From: an uncultured Thermodesulfobacteriota bacterium
GTDB lineage: Bacteria; Desulfobacterota; Thermodesulfobacteria; Thermodesulfobacteriales; Thermodesulfatatoraceae
DNA: 64,000 nucleotides
Direction: 5' to 3'
NCBI GenBank assembly: GCA_964601575.1
Contig: CAZROA010000069.1
Span: forward strand, 1,692 to 65,691
Part shown: one piece after another, positions 29,705-39,497 of the stretch
How the letters are laid out: each line of letters opens with the position of its first letter
Numbering within the stretch: position 1 is the first letter of the stretch
Made by a program: the position numbers and the translations under genes
Notes under the pieces: generated by a model
Databases searched by the model: none
What the model saw: only the letters and a program-made list of their open reading frames with translations
What the model was told of the DNA's origin: nothing

Positions 29705-30409
29705 ATGAGGCCGAAACACATTGTCATCCTCACCGGAGCGGGGATTTCCGCCGAGTCTGGAATACAGACCTTTCGTGGGTCAGGGGGGCTTTGGAAGCAA
29801 TATCGGATCGAAGAGGTGGCCACTCCTGAGGCCTTTGCGCAAAACCCCGACTTTGTCCATGAGTTTTACAACCAACGCCGTAAGGATCTCCTCAAGGTCG
29901 AACCCAATGCCGCCCACTATGCTTTGGCCCGCTTAGAAAGCGAATATCCCGGAGAGGTCTTGGTGATCACGCAAAACGTGGATGACCTCCATGAACGAGC
30001 AGGGACCAAGAACCTGCTTCACATGCACGGAGAATTACTCAAAATACGCTGTACCGAGTGCGGTGGCATCTTCCGTGAGACCGGTGAGATCACTACGGCC
30101 TCGATCTGTCCGCGTTGTGGGGAAAAGGGTACCCTTCGGCCACATATTGTCTGGTTTGGAGAGATGCCTTTTTACCTTGATGAAATCCACGAGGCCCTAA
30201 GGCGGTGTGATCTCTTTGTGGCCATTGGCACCTCCGGCACGGTTTATCCGGCGGCGGGTTTTGTCGCCGTGGCCCGCAAGAACATGGCTCATTGCGTGGA
30301 GCTTAATCTGGAACCCTCGGCGGTGGCTGAACTCTTTCATGAACACCACTACGGCCCGGCCACCAAGGTGGTGCCGGCCTTTGTCGAGAAACTCTTGAAA
30401 GAGATCTAA
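29705..30409 (+). CDS. cobB: NAD-dependent protein deacylase (sirtuin, CobB/SIRT5 class)
   Basis: GAGISAESGIQTFRG, ITQNVDDLHERAG, zinc ribbon CTECGG...CPRCG and GTSGTVYPAAG motifs. 234 aa. Confidence 0.92.
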   Translation: MRPKHIVILTGAGISAESGIQTFRGSGGLWKQYRIEEVATPEAFAQNPDFVHEFYNQRRKDLLKVEPNAAHYALARLESEYPGEVLVITQNVDDLHERAGTKNLLHMHGELLKIRCTECGGIFRETGEITTASICPRCGEKGTLRPHIVWFGEMPFYLDEIHEALRRCDLFVAIGTSGTVYPAAGFVAVARKNMAHCVELNLEPSAVAELFHEHHYGPATKVVPAFVEKLLKEI

Positions 30410-30441
30410 ATCAGGCGGTTTACCAAACGGCCCTTGAAAGA

Positions 30442-31173
30442 TTACAAGATCATATAACGGGCCACGCTCATCAGATAGAAGGCGGCGGTTTCAGCCCGCA
30501 GGATATAAGGCCCAAGAGAAACGGGGATAAAGCCCTTACTGCGTAAAAATTCGACTTCAGGGCCTGAAAATCCCCCTTCTGGCCCGGAAAGTAAGGCCAA
30601 GCTTTTCCCTGAAAAGCCTTCTAATACTTCTTTTAGGCTGTGTTCTTCTTCCCCTTCATAGGCCAATATCTTGAGTTCTGCCTCTTCTCTCAGGTTTTGG
30701 AGGGGGATTGGGCCTTCTATTTCTAAGGCCCAGAGGCGACGACATTGTTTTAAGGCCTGAAGGGCCCGCTTGTTTAGTTTTTCTCGGAACCTTTTGTCTC
30801 CGTGCACCACGGTCCTTTCGGTGATCAATAAGACCACCCTTTTCAGGCCTAATTCCACGGCCTTCTCCACCAGCATGGAGGTGTTTTCTTTTTTGAGTAA
30901 GGGGAGGAGGAGGGTTATTTCTTTTTCAGGCGGTGGTTCTTTCCTCAAGAGTCTGTGGACCAGGATTTTGGCCTCTTTTCGTTTAATACTTTGCACTTCG
31001 CCCAGGTATTCATGCCCACAACCGTCGATCAAGATTACCTGAGCCCCTTCCTTTAGGCGCAAAACGTGGATCAAGTGATGGGCCTCTCCTTCGTCTAGCC
31101 AGACCAGGGCCCCTGGGCTAAGGCCTTGGGCCAGAAAACGATTTAGGGATTTTTGAGATCGAGCATCACCCAT
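30442..31173 (-). CDS. rsmE: 16S rRNA (uracil1498-N3)-methyltransferase
   Basis: PUA-like N-terminus (EAHHLIHVLRLKEG) and a SPOUT C-terminus (LLSGPEGGFSGPEVEFL, ILRAETAA). Confidence 0.9.
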   Translation of the reverse strand: MGDARSQKSLNRFLAQGLSPGALVWLDEGEAHHLIHVLRLKEGAQVILIDGCGHEYLGEVQSIKRKEAKILVHRLLRKEPPPEKEITLLLPLLKKENTSMLVEKAVELGLKRVVLLITERTVVHGDKRFREKLNKRALQALKQCRRLWALEIEGPIPLQNLREEAELKILAYEGEEEHSLKEVLEGFSGKSLALLSGPEGGFSGPEVEFLRSKGFIPVSLGPYILRAETAAFYLMSVARYMIL

Positions 31174-32072
31174 TCTTCAAATTCGGGATCAATGGCCTGG
31201 TAAACGAGCTTAAGCCCCAAAGAGGTATAGGTTTCAAGGAGTTCTTCCACCTCTTCCTTTAAGAAACCAGAAAGTAATAGACGTCCACCGGGATGAAGGA
31301 TGAAGACAATGGGTTCGGCCAAGAGCTTTAATTCATAAGAGGCAATGTTGGCCATGATGAGATCAAAACAATCGGCCAGTTCCCAGACCGGGGTGGTACT
31401 TACGTAGACCTTTTCATGGACGTGGTTGCGATAGACATTTTGTCTGGCCACTTCTGCGGCTTCGGGATCAATATCGATGGCCACTACCTCTTTGGCCCCT
31501 AGCTTGGCCGCGGCAATGGCCAGGATGCCTGTCCCTGTGCCAAGGTCAAGGGTGTAAGGTTCAAATCCGTTGGGCCAAAAGACTTCCTCAAATAGGGATT
31601 CCAGCCTTTGAAGAATGAGATAAGTCGAAGGATGGCGTCCGGTCCCAAAGGCTCGACCTGGGTCTATTTCAATCACTATTTCGTCCTTTTTCGGGACATA
31701 AATCTCCCAAGAGGGCTTGATTACTAAACGTTTGGTGACCTTGTGGGGTTTAAAATACTCTTGCCAGGCACAGGCCCAATCTTCCTCTGGCAAGGGTTTG
31801 GTTTCGACATCAAGCTTGACCTCACCCGGAAAGAGTTCTTCAAGCCCGGCCAAGTATTGATAGAGCCTTTTGATAAGACCAGTTTCTGCCTGCTCCGGAG
31901 CAAAATATCCCACGACACGCACCCGAGGACCCTCTTCGGGATGAGGCTCAAGGTCTTCGATTTTGACCCCGTGCCCGGTAAGCTCGACCAGAAAATTGGT
32001 CACCGGATCGGCCAGATGTTCAGGAAGATTGATACTTACTTCCAACCAAATACGTTCTTCTTTTGTTTCCAT
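31143..32072 (-). CDS. prmA: Ribosomal protein L11 methyltransferase
   Basis: PrmA N-domain followed by IEIDPGRAFGTGRHPST and DLGTGTGILAIAAAKLGA motifs. The ATG at 32072 (METKEERIWLEV) is preferred to 32135. Confidence 0.9.
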   Translation of the reverse strand: METKEERIWLEVSINLPEHLADPVTNFLVELTGHGVKIEDLEPHPEEGPRVRVVGYFAPEQAETGLIKRLYQYLAGLEELFPGEVKLDVETKPLPEEDWACAWQEYFKPHKVTKRLVIKPSWEIYVPKKDEIVIEIDPGRAFGTGRHPSTYLILQRLESLFEEVFWPNGFEPYTLDLGTGTGILAIAAAKLGAKEVVAIDIDPEAAEVARQNVYRNHVHEKVYVSTTPVWELADCFDLIMANIASYELKLLAEPIVFILHPGGRLLLSGFLKEEVEELLETYTSLGLKLVYQAIDPEFEEWVMLDLKNP

Positions 32073-32133
32073 AAATTCCAACTCAAGCACAAAATACTTG
32101 ATTTTTGAAGGTCTTTCTGGCAATCTCCGGGGC

Positions 32134-33003
32134 ATGGAAAAGAGAGAGGGGTTGTCTGTGCCACCTCAAACAGACGAAGCAAATAACCCTACAAGCATTA
32201 AGACCGTCGCCCTTTTGGGGACTTCCATCCTGGCCATTTTCTTGTCCGTCCTGGTGGCGGTACTACTTTGGAGTAATCGTCAGCTCCAACAGGAGATAAG
32301 CCATCTCAAACGCCAGGTCGTGGCCCTTGAGCTGCGTGAAAAGGAATTAGAGACCCAGATCAACCAACTGCAGCGGGAAAAAGAAGAACTTTTGCAGAAC
32401 GCCGTGGGGCTCCTCCGGCAGCGGTCTTCCCTGATGAAGAAGCTCATCTCCGAGCTCGGGCTCTCCCGCTACGTAAAAAAATTGGCCTCCCTTCCACCCA
32501 GGGGCCAGGGTGGTCCGTATTTGCCCCCGCGTGAGGAGTACAAAGCCCTCCTGAAGAGGATGGATAAATATCTGAGCATGATCCAAAAGGTCCCCATAGG
32601 CAAACCGTGTAAGGGATATATTTCTTCTTATTATGGTTTTAGGCGAGATCCGTTTACCGGCAAACGCGCCTTTCACGCTGGAATCGACATCGTGGGCCGT
32701 TACGGAGAGCCGGTACGGGCCACAGCCGATGGGGTGGTCTATCGGGTAGGTTATCAGCGGGGCCTGGGGCGCTACGTAAAGATCAAACACAAGCACGGTT
32801 ATTTAACCGTCTATGGACATCTGCGCAAATACATAGTCAAACGCGGGGAGCGGGTCCACAAAGGAGACATTATTGGCTACCTGGGAAATACAGGGCGTAG
32901 TACCGGGCCTCATCTGCATTATGAAATACGTTATTGGGGCCGTCCCCTGAATCCCCTCAAGTTCATCCGCGCCGAACGCAAGTTAGCCCGTCTGACACAT
33001 TAA
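32134..33003 (+). CDS. M23 family (LytM-type) metallopeptidase with membrane anchor and coiled coil
   Basis: TM segment, then a coiled coil, then M23 motifs (HAGIDI, GNTGRSTGPHLHYEI). The start is set to the ATG at 32134, because the upstream part of the track ORF is antisense to prmA. Confidence 0.88.
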   Translation: MEKREGLSVPPQTDEANNPTSIKTVALLGTSILAIFLSVLVAVLLWSNRQLQQEISHLKRQVVALELREKELETQINQLQREKEELLQNAVGLLRQRSSLMKKLISELGLSRYVKKLASLPPRGQGGPYLPPREEYKALLKRMDKYLSMIQKVPIGKPCKGYISSYYGFRRDPFTGKRAFHAGIDIVGRYGEPVRATADGVVYRVGYQRGLGRYVKIKHKHGYLTVYGHLRKYIVKRGERVHKGDIIGYLGNTGRSTGPHLHYEIRYWGRPLNPLKFIRAERKLARLTH

Positions 33004-33020
33004 TCTTGTAAAAGAAGAGC

Positions 33021-33064
33021 AAACCCTGCGAGGAGAAGGGCATCTCCCCTCGCAGGGTTTTAGG
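33021..33064. terminator. Bidirectional rho-independent terminator between the M23 peptidase and MCP genes
   Basis: Stem CCCTGCGAGG...CCTCGCAGGG (33024..33057) is flanked by a T run on the plus strand and an A run upstream, which gives a T run on the minus strand. Confidence 0.75.
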
Positions 33065-33065
33065 T

Positions 33066-34967
33066 TTAAGTCTTGAATTGGTTGACCAGTCTTTTCATCG
33101 TCTCGGAGAGTTCGGCCAGTTTTTCGCGTTCCTCTTTTACTCGGTTCATACTTTCTCTGGTCAATTCCGCCGCCTTTTTCATTTCCGGCACCAGGGCCGA
33201 GAGCCCTTCGGCCTGTTGGGCCACATTGGTCATGTTTTCGGAGATTCCAGAGACCGTGGCCGTTTGTTCTTCGACCGCCGCGGCAATGGTCCCGGAGACC
33301 TCGCTGATCTGGGAGATCACCTCCGAGATTTGCTGGATGGACTGGACCACCCGATCAGAGGCCTCCTGGATACCTCTGATCTTCTGGGCAATGTCCTCGG
33401 TGGCCTCGCCGGTCTGCCGGGCCAGCTCTTTGACCTCGTTGGCCACCACGGCAAAACCCTTGCCCGCCTCTCCCGCACGAGCGGCCTCAATGGTGGCGTT
33501 TAAAGCCAGGAGATTGGTCTGATCGGCAATGGAGTTGATAAAGTTTACCACTTCGCCGATCTCTTTAGACCCTTGCCCGAGCTCTTCGATTACCTGGGCC
33601 ACCAGCCGGACCTTTTCTTGGGCCTCATTGGCGATATTGGCTGCGTTGGAAGTTTGTTGCGAGATCTCAGCTACTGCCCGTTCCATCTCGGTGATCATCT
33701 GGTGGACCTCATCGGCTCGCCCGGCCAGAGAACGACTGGTATCGGCAATGCGGTCGGTCTGGCTTTCGACTAGATTGACTCCTTCTTCCAGGGCGTGGGC
33801 GGCGTCTTCCAGTCTGTCTGAGGTATGAGCAATGTGGACCACTTGGTCCTTCAGGCGTTTAACCAGCCGACGCAACTTATCGAGGAAGAGATTGAAGGCC
33901 TTGGAGAGTTTGCCCATTTCGTCCTGTCCGGTGATGGGAAGTTCTTTGGTCAGATCCCCTTCACCCTGAGCGATATCTTCCATACGGTGCACCGCAAGAG
34001 AAAGCTGTCGACTAAGGGCACGGGCCAACCAGAGGGCCATGGCTAAAGCTGCTAAAAAGGCCAGGCTCATGGTCAATAAACTTTGTTTGATAGTCTTGGC
34101 GGCCAAGGCAGCCAGATCGGAAAGATCTCGCCCTACCACCAAGACGCCGATAGTCTTGCCTTCAAAGTCTTTGATCGGTTCAAGGCCTAGACCGTAGTCT
34201 TTGAACATTTTTTCTCTTTCTCCCTTAAGTCCTTGCTGCAGAATTTCTGGAGTGACAGCCCCTGGTTTTATCTTTTTGAAAGAAGAGGCCAGTCGAAATT
34301 CTCCTACCCTTTCTCCTAACAACTCTTCCTTTATAAAACGAGCTGTTTCTGGAGTCACAAAGGCCGCCATGGCATTCTCTTCTCCACTGGCTAGACGAAA
34401 AATTTCTTCCATAGGGATTTCAGCTTCGACACTACCAACGTATTTACCTTGATAAAAAATAGGAGCAATGGCCCGTACAGCTAAGCCGTGATGTCCAATC
34501 TCGATCCCTTCTTCAGGTTGGTGACTCTGAAGGATGGCCGCTACCATAGGGCGGTAGCTGGTAAGATCATCTCCGTAATCGTTGGGATTCCACGTTCGCA
34601 AAAAGGAACGACCATCCGGGGTATGAAAATGGAGGGCGAAATCAAGCCCAGAATGTTTTTTGGCCTTCTTAAGAATAGGCCTCACTAGCTCCAACAGGGC
34701 TTGACGATCCCTGGAAGCTATATCTTGTTGGACTCGGCTTATCTGTGAAACGGTATCAACAAGGATGGTCTCTGCGGTCAAGGCCTCATCGATACTCTTC
34801 TTAAGAGTAGAAACGCTATCTGAAACTTGTTCTTTTCCGGCGCGTAAGATTAAGCGTTTGGTAGCCAAAGAGGTGTACCAAAAGGAGATGAGAGAAAGGA
34901 GAAAAGCAGCCGCAAGGAAAGGGATCAGAATTTTATACTTGAGAGAAAGATCATAATATCCCTTCAT
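33066..34967 (-). CDS. Methyl-accepting chemotaxis protein with large periplasmic (Cache-like) sensor and HAMP domain
   Basis: Two TM segments bracket a sensor region of about 260 aa, followed by HAMP and the conserved signalling hairpin ([37 protein letters not shown]). Confidence 0.92.
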   Translation of the reverse strand: MKGYYDLSLKYKILIPFLAAAFLLSLISFWYTSLATKRLILRAGKEQVSDSVSTLKKSIDEALTAETILVDTVSQISRVQQDIASRDRQALLELVRPILKKAKKHSGLDFALHFHTPDGRSFLRTWNPNDYGDDLTSYRPMVAAILQSHQPEEGIEIGHHGLAVRAIAPIFYQGKYVGSVEAEIPMEEIFRLASGEENAMAAFVTPETARFIKEELLGERVGEFRLASSFKKIKPGAVTPEILQQGLKGEREKMFKDYGLGLEPIKDFEGKTIGVLVVGRDLSDLAALAAKTIKQSLLTMSLAFLAALAMALWLARALSRQLSLAVHRMEDIAQGEGDLTKELPITGQDEMGKLSKAFNLFLDKLRRLVKRLKDQVVHIAHTSDRLEDAAHALEEGVNLVESQTDRIADTSRSLAGRADEVHQMITEMERAVAEISQQTSNAANIANEAQEKVRLVAQVIEELGQGSKEIGEVVNFINSIADQTNLLALNATIEAARAGEAGKGFAVVANEVKELARQTGEATEDIAQKIRGIQEASDRVVQSIQQISEVISQISEVSGTIAAAVEEQTATVSGISENMTNVAQQAEGLSALVPEMKKAAELTRESMNRVKEEREKLAELSETMKRLVNQFKT

Positions 34968-35128
34968 TTGGCCCTCCTTGGGGAAAAATTTTTAATGGAT
35001 GGAGACTGCTTCATAACTTTTCGGCTTCGATTAGAGAAGCTTTAAGTCTTGCTCTAGACTTTTCTCATCAAGAAAAGGCCGATTTTTTCCGAAGAATTTA
35101 GAGACCGCATCAATACGAGGAGGCATCA

Positions 35129-35599
35129 ATGGGCATCACCATCTTTGAAGCCCTGGAAGAATCGGTCAAAGAGGTAATCTCTGCTTACACCGGCCAGGCC
35201 CCTGAGGCCGGAAAACCCTTTGTTCGGAAGGAACCCGAGGCCTTAGGCGAGATCTCGGCCATAAACGGCCTGGCTGGTTCCGGTTTTACCGGGATGCTTA
35301 CCGTAACCTTTACCAAAGAATGTATTTTCAAGATTGTTTCCAGTCTCTTCGGCACCACCCCAACAGAAATAGACGAAGAGGTCCGGGATGCCGCCGGGGA
35401 GCTGGCCAATCAGATCTGTGGGTCCTTTAGGCGGCGTTTTGAACAACAGGGCATTTCCCTCCAGGCCGCCGTACCGGTGATCATCACCGGAGAGAAACAC
35501 ACCGTGACCCCTCTCTGCCAGAGCCAACGCATGGCCATGCCCTTTAAGGTTGACGGGACTCAGATGGTGGTAGAACTCTGTCTTGACCGTAAAGCTTAG
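35129..35599 (+). CDS. cheX: CheX-like chemotaxis phosphatase
   Basis: 156 aa. CheX/CheC-like layout with the ELANQICG (E-x2-N) motif. Diverges from the MCP gene. Confidence 0.7.
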   Translation: MGITIFEALEESVKEVISAYTGQAPEAGKPFVRKEPEALGEISAINGLAGSGFTGMLTVTFTKECIFKIVSSLFGTTPTEIDEEVRDAAGELANQICGSFRRRFEQQGISLQAAVPVIITGEKHTVTPLCQSQRMAMPFKVDGTQMVVELCLDRKA

Positions 35600-35600
35600 A

Positions 35601-36206
35601 TCAAGGGGAGAGGCTCCTCGTCACCGGCCACTCCGAGGGAGGAAGATTAATCGATCGGCCCAGATGGAATGCCTCGGCTAAGGCCTTGGGATGTTCAAGG
35701 ATGGCCCCCTTTTTTTCTATTCCCCGATAAAAAAGCCCACCTTCGTATCGGGCATAGATGGCCTCGAAAAAATAGCGTACTACCCGGATCATGCCCTCAA
35801 ATAATCGAGGGCCTTTGGTGGCCCCTATGGAAAAAAGGAGACCAAGCCTTTCTTTTCCCAAAGGAGGCGGTTTTTTTAAGACGTATCTTCGGACCCAATA
35901 GGCCTGGGCCCTTTCTATCAAGGCCTGGGTGTAGGCCGTAAGGTTGTAAAAAAAGACCGGGGAAGAGATAACGATAAGGTCAGCCTCCTCGATTTTGGGG
36001 TAAATCCGGGTCATATCGTCTTCGATGACACATATTCCGGTCTGATCGCACTGGCCACATTCGAGACAAGGGGTAATCCTGACCTTGGCCAGATAAATCT
36101 TTTCTGTCTTAGCCCCGGCTTCTTTGGCCCCTTTTAGGAAGGCATCGAGCAAAAGATCGGTATTTCCGCCCTTTCTAGGGCTTCCTTGAAAGGCAAGGAT
36201 TTTCAT
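35601..36206 (-). CDS. Flavodoxin-like fold FMN reductase / iron-sulfur flavoprotein family
   Basis: N-terminal MKILAFQGSPRKGGNT, a Cys cluster CLECGQCDQTGIC and a NADPH-dependent FMN reductase-like core. Confidence 0.8.
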   Translation of the reverse strand: MKILAFQGSPRKGGNTDLLLDAFLKGAKEAGAKTEKIYLAKVRITPCLECGQCDQTGICVIEDDMTRIYPKIEEADLIVISSPVFFYNLTAYTQALIERAQAYWVRRYVLKKPPPLGKERLGLLFSIGATKGPRLFEGMIRVVRYFFEAIYARYEGGLFYRGIEKKGAILEHPKALAEAFHLGRSINLPPSEWPVTRSLSP

Positions 36207-36323
36207 TTCCGTAAGTAATAAAGGACTTGTCTCTAATTTTCAAAGAAAAAGAAGGCCGAATCTTTTTGGAGGTCTCTTAACCAGCCCTTTTCCGTTTGGT
36301 TTTCCTATGTTAAGCGAAAGGCT

Positions 36324-37157
36324 ATGAGAGAAATTGCCTGTGAAAAGATCATCGAAGCCGTGGCCCAGGGGGTCATCGAGGCCTGTTGTGATCTTCCCCC
36401 AGAGGTGGAAGAGGCCCTACGTCAGGCCAAAGCGAAGGAACCTTCTCCTCTGGCACGCAAGACCTTGGATATCCTTTTGGAAAACGCCGCCCTTGCCCGA
36501 AGAGAACACCTGCCCATCTGTCAGGATACAGGGGTGGCGGTGGTCTTTGTTGAATTAGGAGAAGAAGTACGGGTCAAAGGGCTTGAGGAAGCCATCAATG
36601 AGGGGGTAAAGCAGGGCTATGAGCGGGGTTTCTTGCGCAAGTCCGTGGCTGATGTGATCACGCGAAAAAATACCGGCACCAATACCCCGGCCATTATTCA
36701 CCTAAAGATAGTCCCAGGAGACCGGCTTAGATTTATCCTTTTACCCAAGGGTTGTGGTAGTGAAAACATGAGCCGTCTGACTATGCTCCCCCCGGCGGCG
36801 GGGCTTGAAGGAGTCAAACGATTTGTCCTGGAAACCGTGGCTGAGGCCGGTCCCAATCCCTGTCCCCCGGTGATAGTAGGCGTGGGCCTTGGTGGTACCT
36901 TTGAAAAGGCGGCCCTATTGGCCAAAGAGGCCCTGTGTCGCCCTTTGGGTACCCCTTCTTTGCGACCGGAGGTGGCCGAACTCGAGGCCGAACTCCTTTC
37001 GGCCATTAATCGTCTGGGCATTGGGCCCCTTGGTTTCGGCGGACAGACCACAGCCTTGGCGGTCCATGTCGAGGCCTTCCCCACCCATATTGCCAGTTTA
37101 CCGGTGGCGGTGAACATCCAATGTCATGCCGCCCGGATCAAACGAATAGAACTTTGA
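36324..37157 (+). CDS. Fe-S type hydro-lyase alpha subunit (class I fumarate hydratase / L(+)-tartrate dehydratase alpha)
   Basis: 277 aa. ICQDTGVAVVFVELG and GCGSENMSRL motifs typical of the N-terminal or alpha domain of class I fumarases. Confidence 0.85.
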   Translation: MREIACEKIIEAVAQGVIEACCDLPPEVEEALRQAKAKEPSPLARKTLDILLENAALARREHLPICQDTGVAVVFVELGEEVRVKGLEEAINEGVKQGYERGFLRKSVADVITRKNTGTNTPAIIHLKIVPGDRLRFILLPKGCGSENMSRLTMLPPAAGLEGVKRFVLETVAEAGPNPCPPVIVGVGLGGTFEKAALLAKEALCRPLGTPSLRPEVAELEAELLSAINRLGIGPLGFGGQTTALAVHVEAFPTHIASLPVAVNIQCHAARIKRIEL

Positions 37158-37167
37158 GGAGGGTTAG

Positions 37168-37638
37168 ATGATCCAGGTAAAGATCCCTGGTGGTGAAGAA
37201 CTTCGTTTGGAATACTTGGTCATGGATTTCAACGGCACCATGGCGGTGGATGGTAACCTCATCCCCGGGGTGAAAGAACGCCTGGAAAAACTGGCAGATA
37301 AGCTCAAGATTTATGTGATCACCGCTGACACCTTCGGTAAGGTCAAGGAGGCCCTAAAAGATAGCCCTTGTGAGATCACCATCCTGCCTGAAGGGGATCA
37401 AGACAAGGCCAAGTTGGAATTTGTTAAGGGGCTTGGGGAAGACAAGGTGGTGGCCTTTGGCAATGGGCGGAACGATAGCCTTATGTTAGAGGCCGCTGCC
37501 TTAGGGGTAGCGGTGCTCCTAAACGAAGGCGTAGCCCGCGAGACTTTATTTGTGGCCAATATCTTGGTCTCTAATATCCTTGATGCCCTTGATTTACTGC
37601 TGAATCCTTTGCGTCTTAAGGCTACTTTGCGGCGATAA
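37168..37638 (+). CDS. HAD-superfamily protein (soluble P-type-ATPase-like)
   Basis: 156 aa. DFNGT (a DxxGT variant), ITADTFG and GNGRNDSLMLEAA motifs. Confidence 0.7.
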   Translation: MIQVKIPGGEELRLEYLVMDFNGTMAVDGNLIPGVKERLEKLADKLKIYVITADTFGKVKEALKDSPCEITILPEGDQDKAKLEFVKGLGEDKVVAFGNGRNDSLMLEAAALGVAVLLNEGVARETLFVANILVSNILDALDLLLNPLRLKATLRR

Positions 37639-37744
37639 TCTCGTCCTTGATCTGAAATTCGTTCTGTTTTTGGACAAGAACGTCTTCTGCAAGCTGCACG
37701 GAGAAGAAAGCATGATAGGGTGAAAAGAGACCGAAGGAGGAATT

Positions 37745-38575
37745 ATGGCGTTAGAGAAGAGGCTTGGGTTTATCGGTGGGGGGCAGATGGCCGAGGCCAT
37801 GATCAAAGGCCTCCTGGCCTCAAAGACCGTTCAGCCGGAACAAATTCTGGTCTCTGAACCACTGCCCGAACGCCGAGACTATCTGGCTAAAACCTATAAA
37901 GTGACGGCCTTAGAAAGCAACCCCGCCCTGGTCAAAGAGGTGGAAATCGTTGTCCTGGCGGTCAAACCCCAAGTCCTGGCCGGGGTCTTAGAAGAGATCT
38001 CGCCGGTGGTTAATCCTTCGCATCATTTGATCATCTCCATTGCCGCCGGAATCCCTTTGCTCTTTTTAGAAAGACGCTTACCCGAAGGGACTAGGGTCAT
38101 CAGGGTCATGCCCAATACCCCAGCCCTGGTGCTTTCTGGGATCTCGGCCTATACCCCTGGCCAAAGGGCCACGGCTGAAGACTTGGCCCTGGCCAGAGAG
38201 ATCCTCTCGGCCTTAGGCGAATGTCTGGAACTCCCTGAGGTCTATTTTGACGCGGTGACCGGGCTTTCCGGCAGTGGGCCAGCCTTTGTAGCCCTCTTTA
38301 TAGAGGCCTTGGTTGACGGCGGAGTAAAGGTAGGCCTTCCTAGGCCGGTGGCCGAAAGATTAGCGGTAGAGACCGTCCTTGGGACAGCCAAGCTGATGAA
38401 AGAGACCAAGCGCGATCCATATCAACTAAAGGCTATGGTCACTTCTCCCGGGGGGACCACTATTGCTGGGGTTAAGGCCATGGCTGAGGGGGCCTTTTCG
38501 GCCACGGTAATGGAGGCGGTGGAGGCCGCTACCAAGCGCTCGGAAGAGCTTTCAAAGCTTATTACCCAGGACTAG
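37745..38575 (+). CDS. proC: Pyrroline-5-carboxylate reductase
   Basis: FIGGGQMAEAMIKGL Rossmann motif, VRVMPNTPALV, SGSGPAFVALFIEAL and TSPGGTTIAG motifs. Confidence 0.95.
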   Translation: MALEKRLGFIGGGQMAEAMIKGLLASKTVQPEQILVSEPLPERRDYLAKTYKVTALESNPALVKEVEIVVLAVKPQVLAGVLEEISPVVNPSHHLIISIAAGIPLLFLERRLPEGTRVIRVMPNTPALVLSGISAYTPGQRATAEDLALAREILSALGECLELPEVYFDAVTGLSGSGPAFVALFIEALVDGGVKVGLPRPVAERLAVETVLGTAKLMKETKRDPYQLKAMVTSPGGTTIAGVKAMAEGAFSATVMEAVEAATKRSEELSKLITQD

Positions 38576-38584
38576 GAGGCCAAG

Positions 38585-39481
38585 GTGAGTTACGTGGTTC
38601 GAGGTCTAGCCCAAAATGGTGCCTTTCGGATCTTTGCCGCGGATACCAAAGACCTGGTCGAGGAGGCCAGGAATCGCCACCGCACTTCTCCCACGGCTAC
38701 CGCGGCCTTAGGCCGAGCCCTTACCGCTGCCGCTCTTCTCGGGGCTGATCTCAAGACAGGCCGGGTCATGATCCAGATAAACGGCGGCGGGCCCCTGGGG
38801 GAGATCATCGCCGAGGCCGATGCCGAGGGTAATGTTCGAGGACTGGTTCAGCGACCCCACATCCACCTCACTCCCCAAAAGGGTAAGCTTCTGGTCGGTC
38901 AAGCCGTGGGGCGCAATGGATTTATCTCTGTGATCAGGGACTTAGGGCTCAAAGAACCTTATCAAGGCTCAACTCAGCTTATCTCCGGTGAGATTGCCGA
39001 GGACCTGAGTTATTACCTGACCGTTTCCGAGCAGATTCCCTCAGCGGTAGCCTTAGGAGTCTTTGTCGAACAGGACAACACCGTGGCCGCCGCCGGGGGC
39101 TTCCTGATCCAGACCATGCCCCAGGCAAGTGAGGAAGAGATAAGCGCTACCGAAAAGGCCCTTCTTGATTTACCGCCGGTAACCACCCTTTTGCGAGAAG
39201 GCCTCAGCCCGGAGGAGATCTTGAAACGCATCTTTGGCCCCGAGCAGGTCGAGATCTTAGAAATAAGACCCCTTCAGTATCGATGTCGTTGTTCCCGAGA
39301 ACGGGCGGAACGGGCCTTGATTGCCATGGGGCCAAAAGAAATCGACGAATTAATCAAAAGAGGACAACCAGCCGAGATCTCTTGTGACTTTTGTGGAGAA
39401 AAATACCTCTTTGACCTCGAAGAACTCCGAAGGATTCGCCAACAAATTGAGGTCAAACCACGTCGATCACTTGAGGTTTAA
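38585..39481 (+). CDS. hslO: Redox-regulated chaperone Hsp33
   Basis: 298 aa. Hsp33 core plus the C-terminal zinc switch CRCS...CDFCGEKY. GTG start 5 nt after AGGAGG. Confidence 0.92.
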   Translation: MSYVVRGLAQNGAFRIFAADTKDLVEEARNRHRTSPTATAALGRALTAAALLGADLKTGRVMIQINGGGPLGEIIAEADAEGNVRGLVQRPHIHLTPQKGKLLVGQAVGRNGFISVIRDLGLKEPYQGSTQLISGEIAEDLSYYLTVSEQIPSAVALGVFVEQDNTVAAAGGFLIQTMPQASEEEISATEKALLDLPPVTTLLREGLSPEEILKRIFGPEQVEILEIRPLQYRCRCSRERAERALIAMGPKEIDELIKRGQPAEISCDFCGEKYLFDLEELRRIRQQIEVKPRRSLEV

Positions 39482-39497
39482 ACCGACGATTCGGGCC

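Noticed and set aside
29705-30409. Sir2-domain protein as a possible anti-phage defence effector (Thoeris/DSR-like), next to a ParB-like gene.
   Set aside because: It is a compact 234-aa sirtuin with the standard GAGISAESG, QNVDDLH and CxxC...CxxC zinc-ribbon motifs of housekeeping CobB deacylases. It has no extra sensor or effector domains and no partner defence genes.
33073-33522. Long plus-strand ORFs (149 and 141 aa) inside the MCP gene. Similar antisense ORFs occur at 1383..1823, 21540..22004, 25272..25727, 32347..32796, 36698..37117, 42470..42895, 49781..50284, 52027..52458, 55477..56278, 57201..57659 and 59299..59763.
   Set aside because: All lie fully within, and antisense to or out of frame with, strongly supported conserved genes. 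They have low-complexity, Arg/Ser/Gly/Pro-rich compositions typical of shadow ORFs.
35041-35090. Sigma-28 (FliA) promoter for cheX, based on a GCCGAT-like element at 35078.
   Set aside because: No TAAA-type -35 element lies at the required spacing of about 15 nt. The only TTAAG lies about 31 nt upstream.
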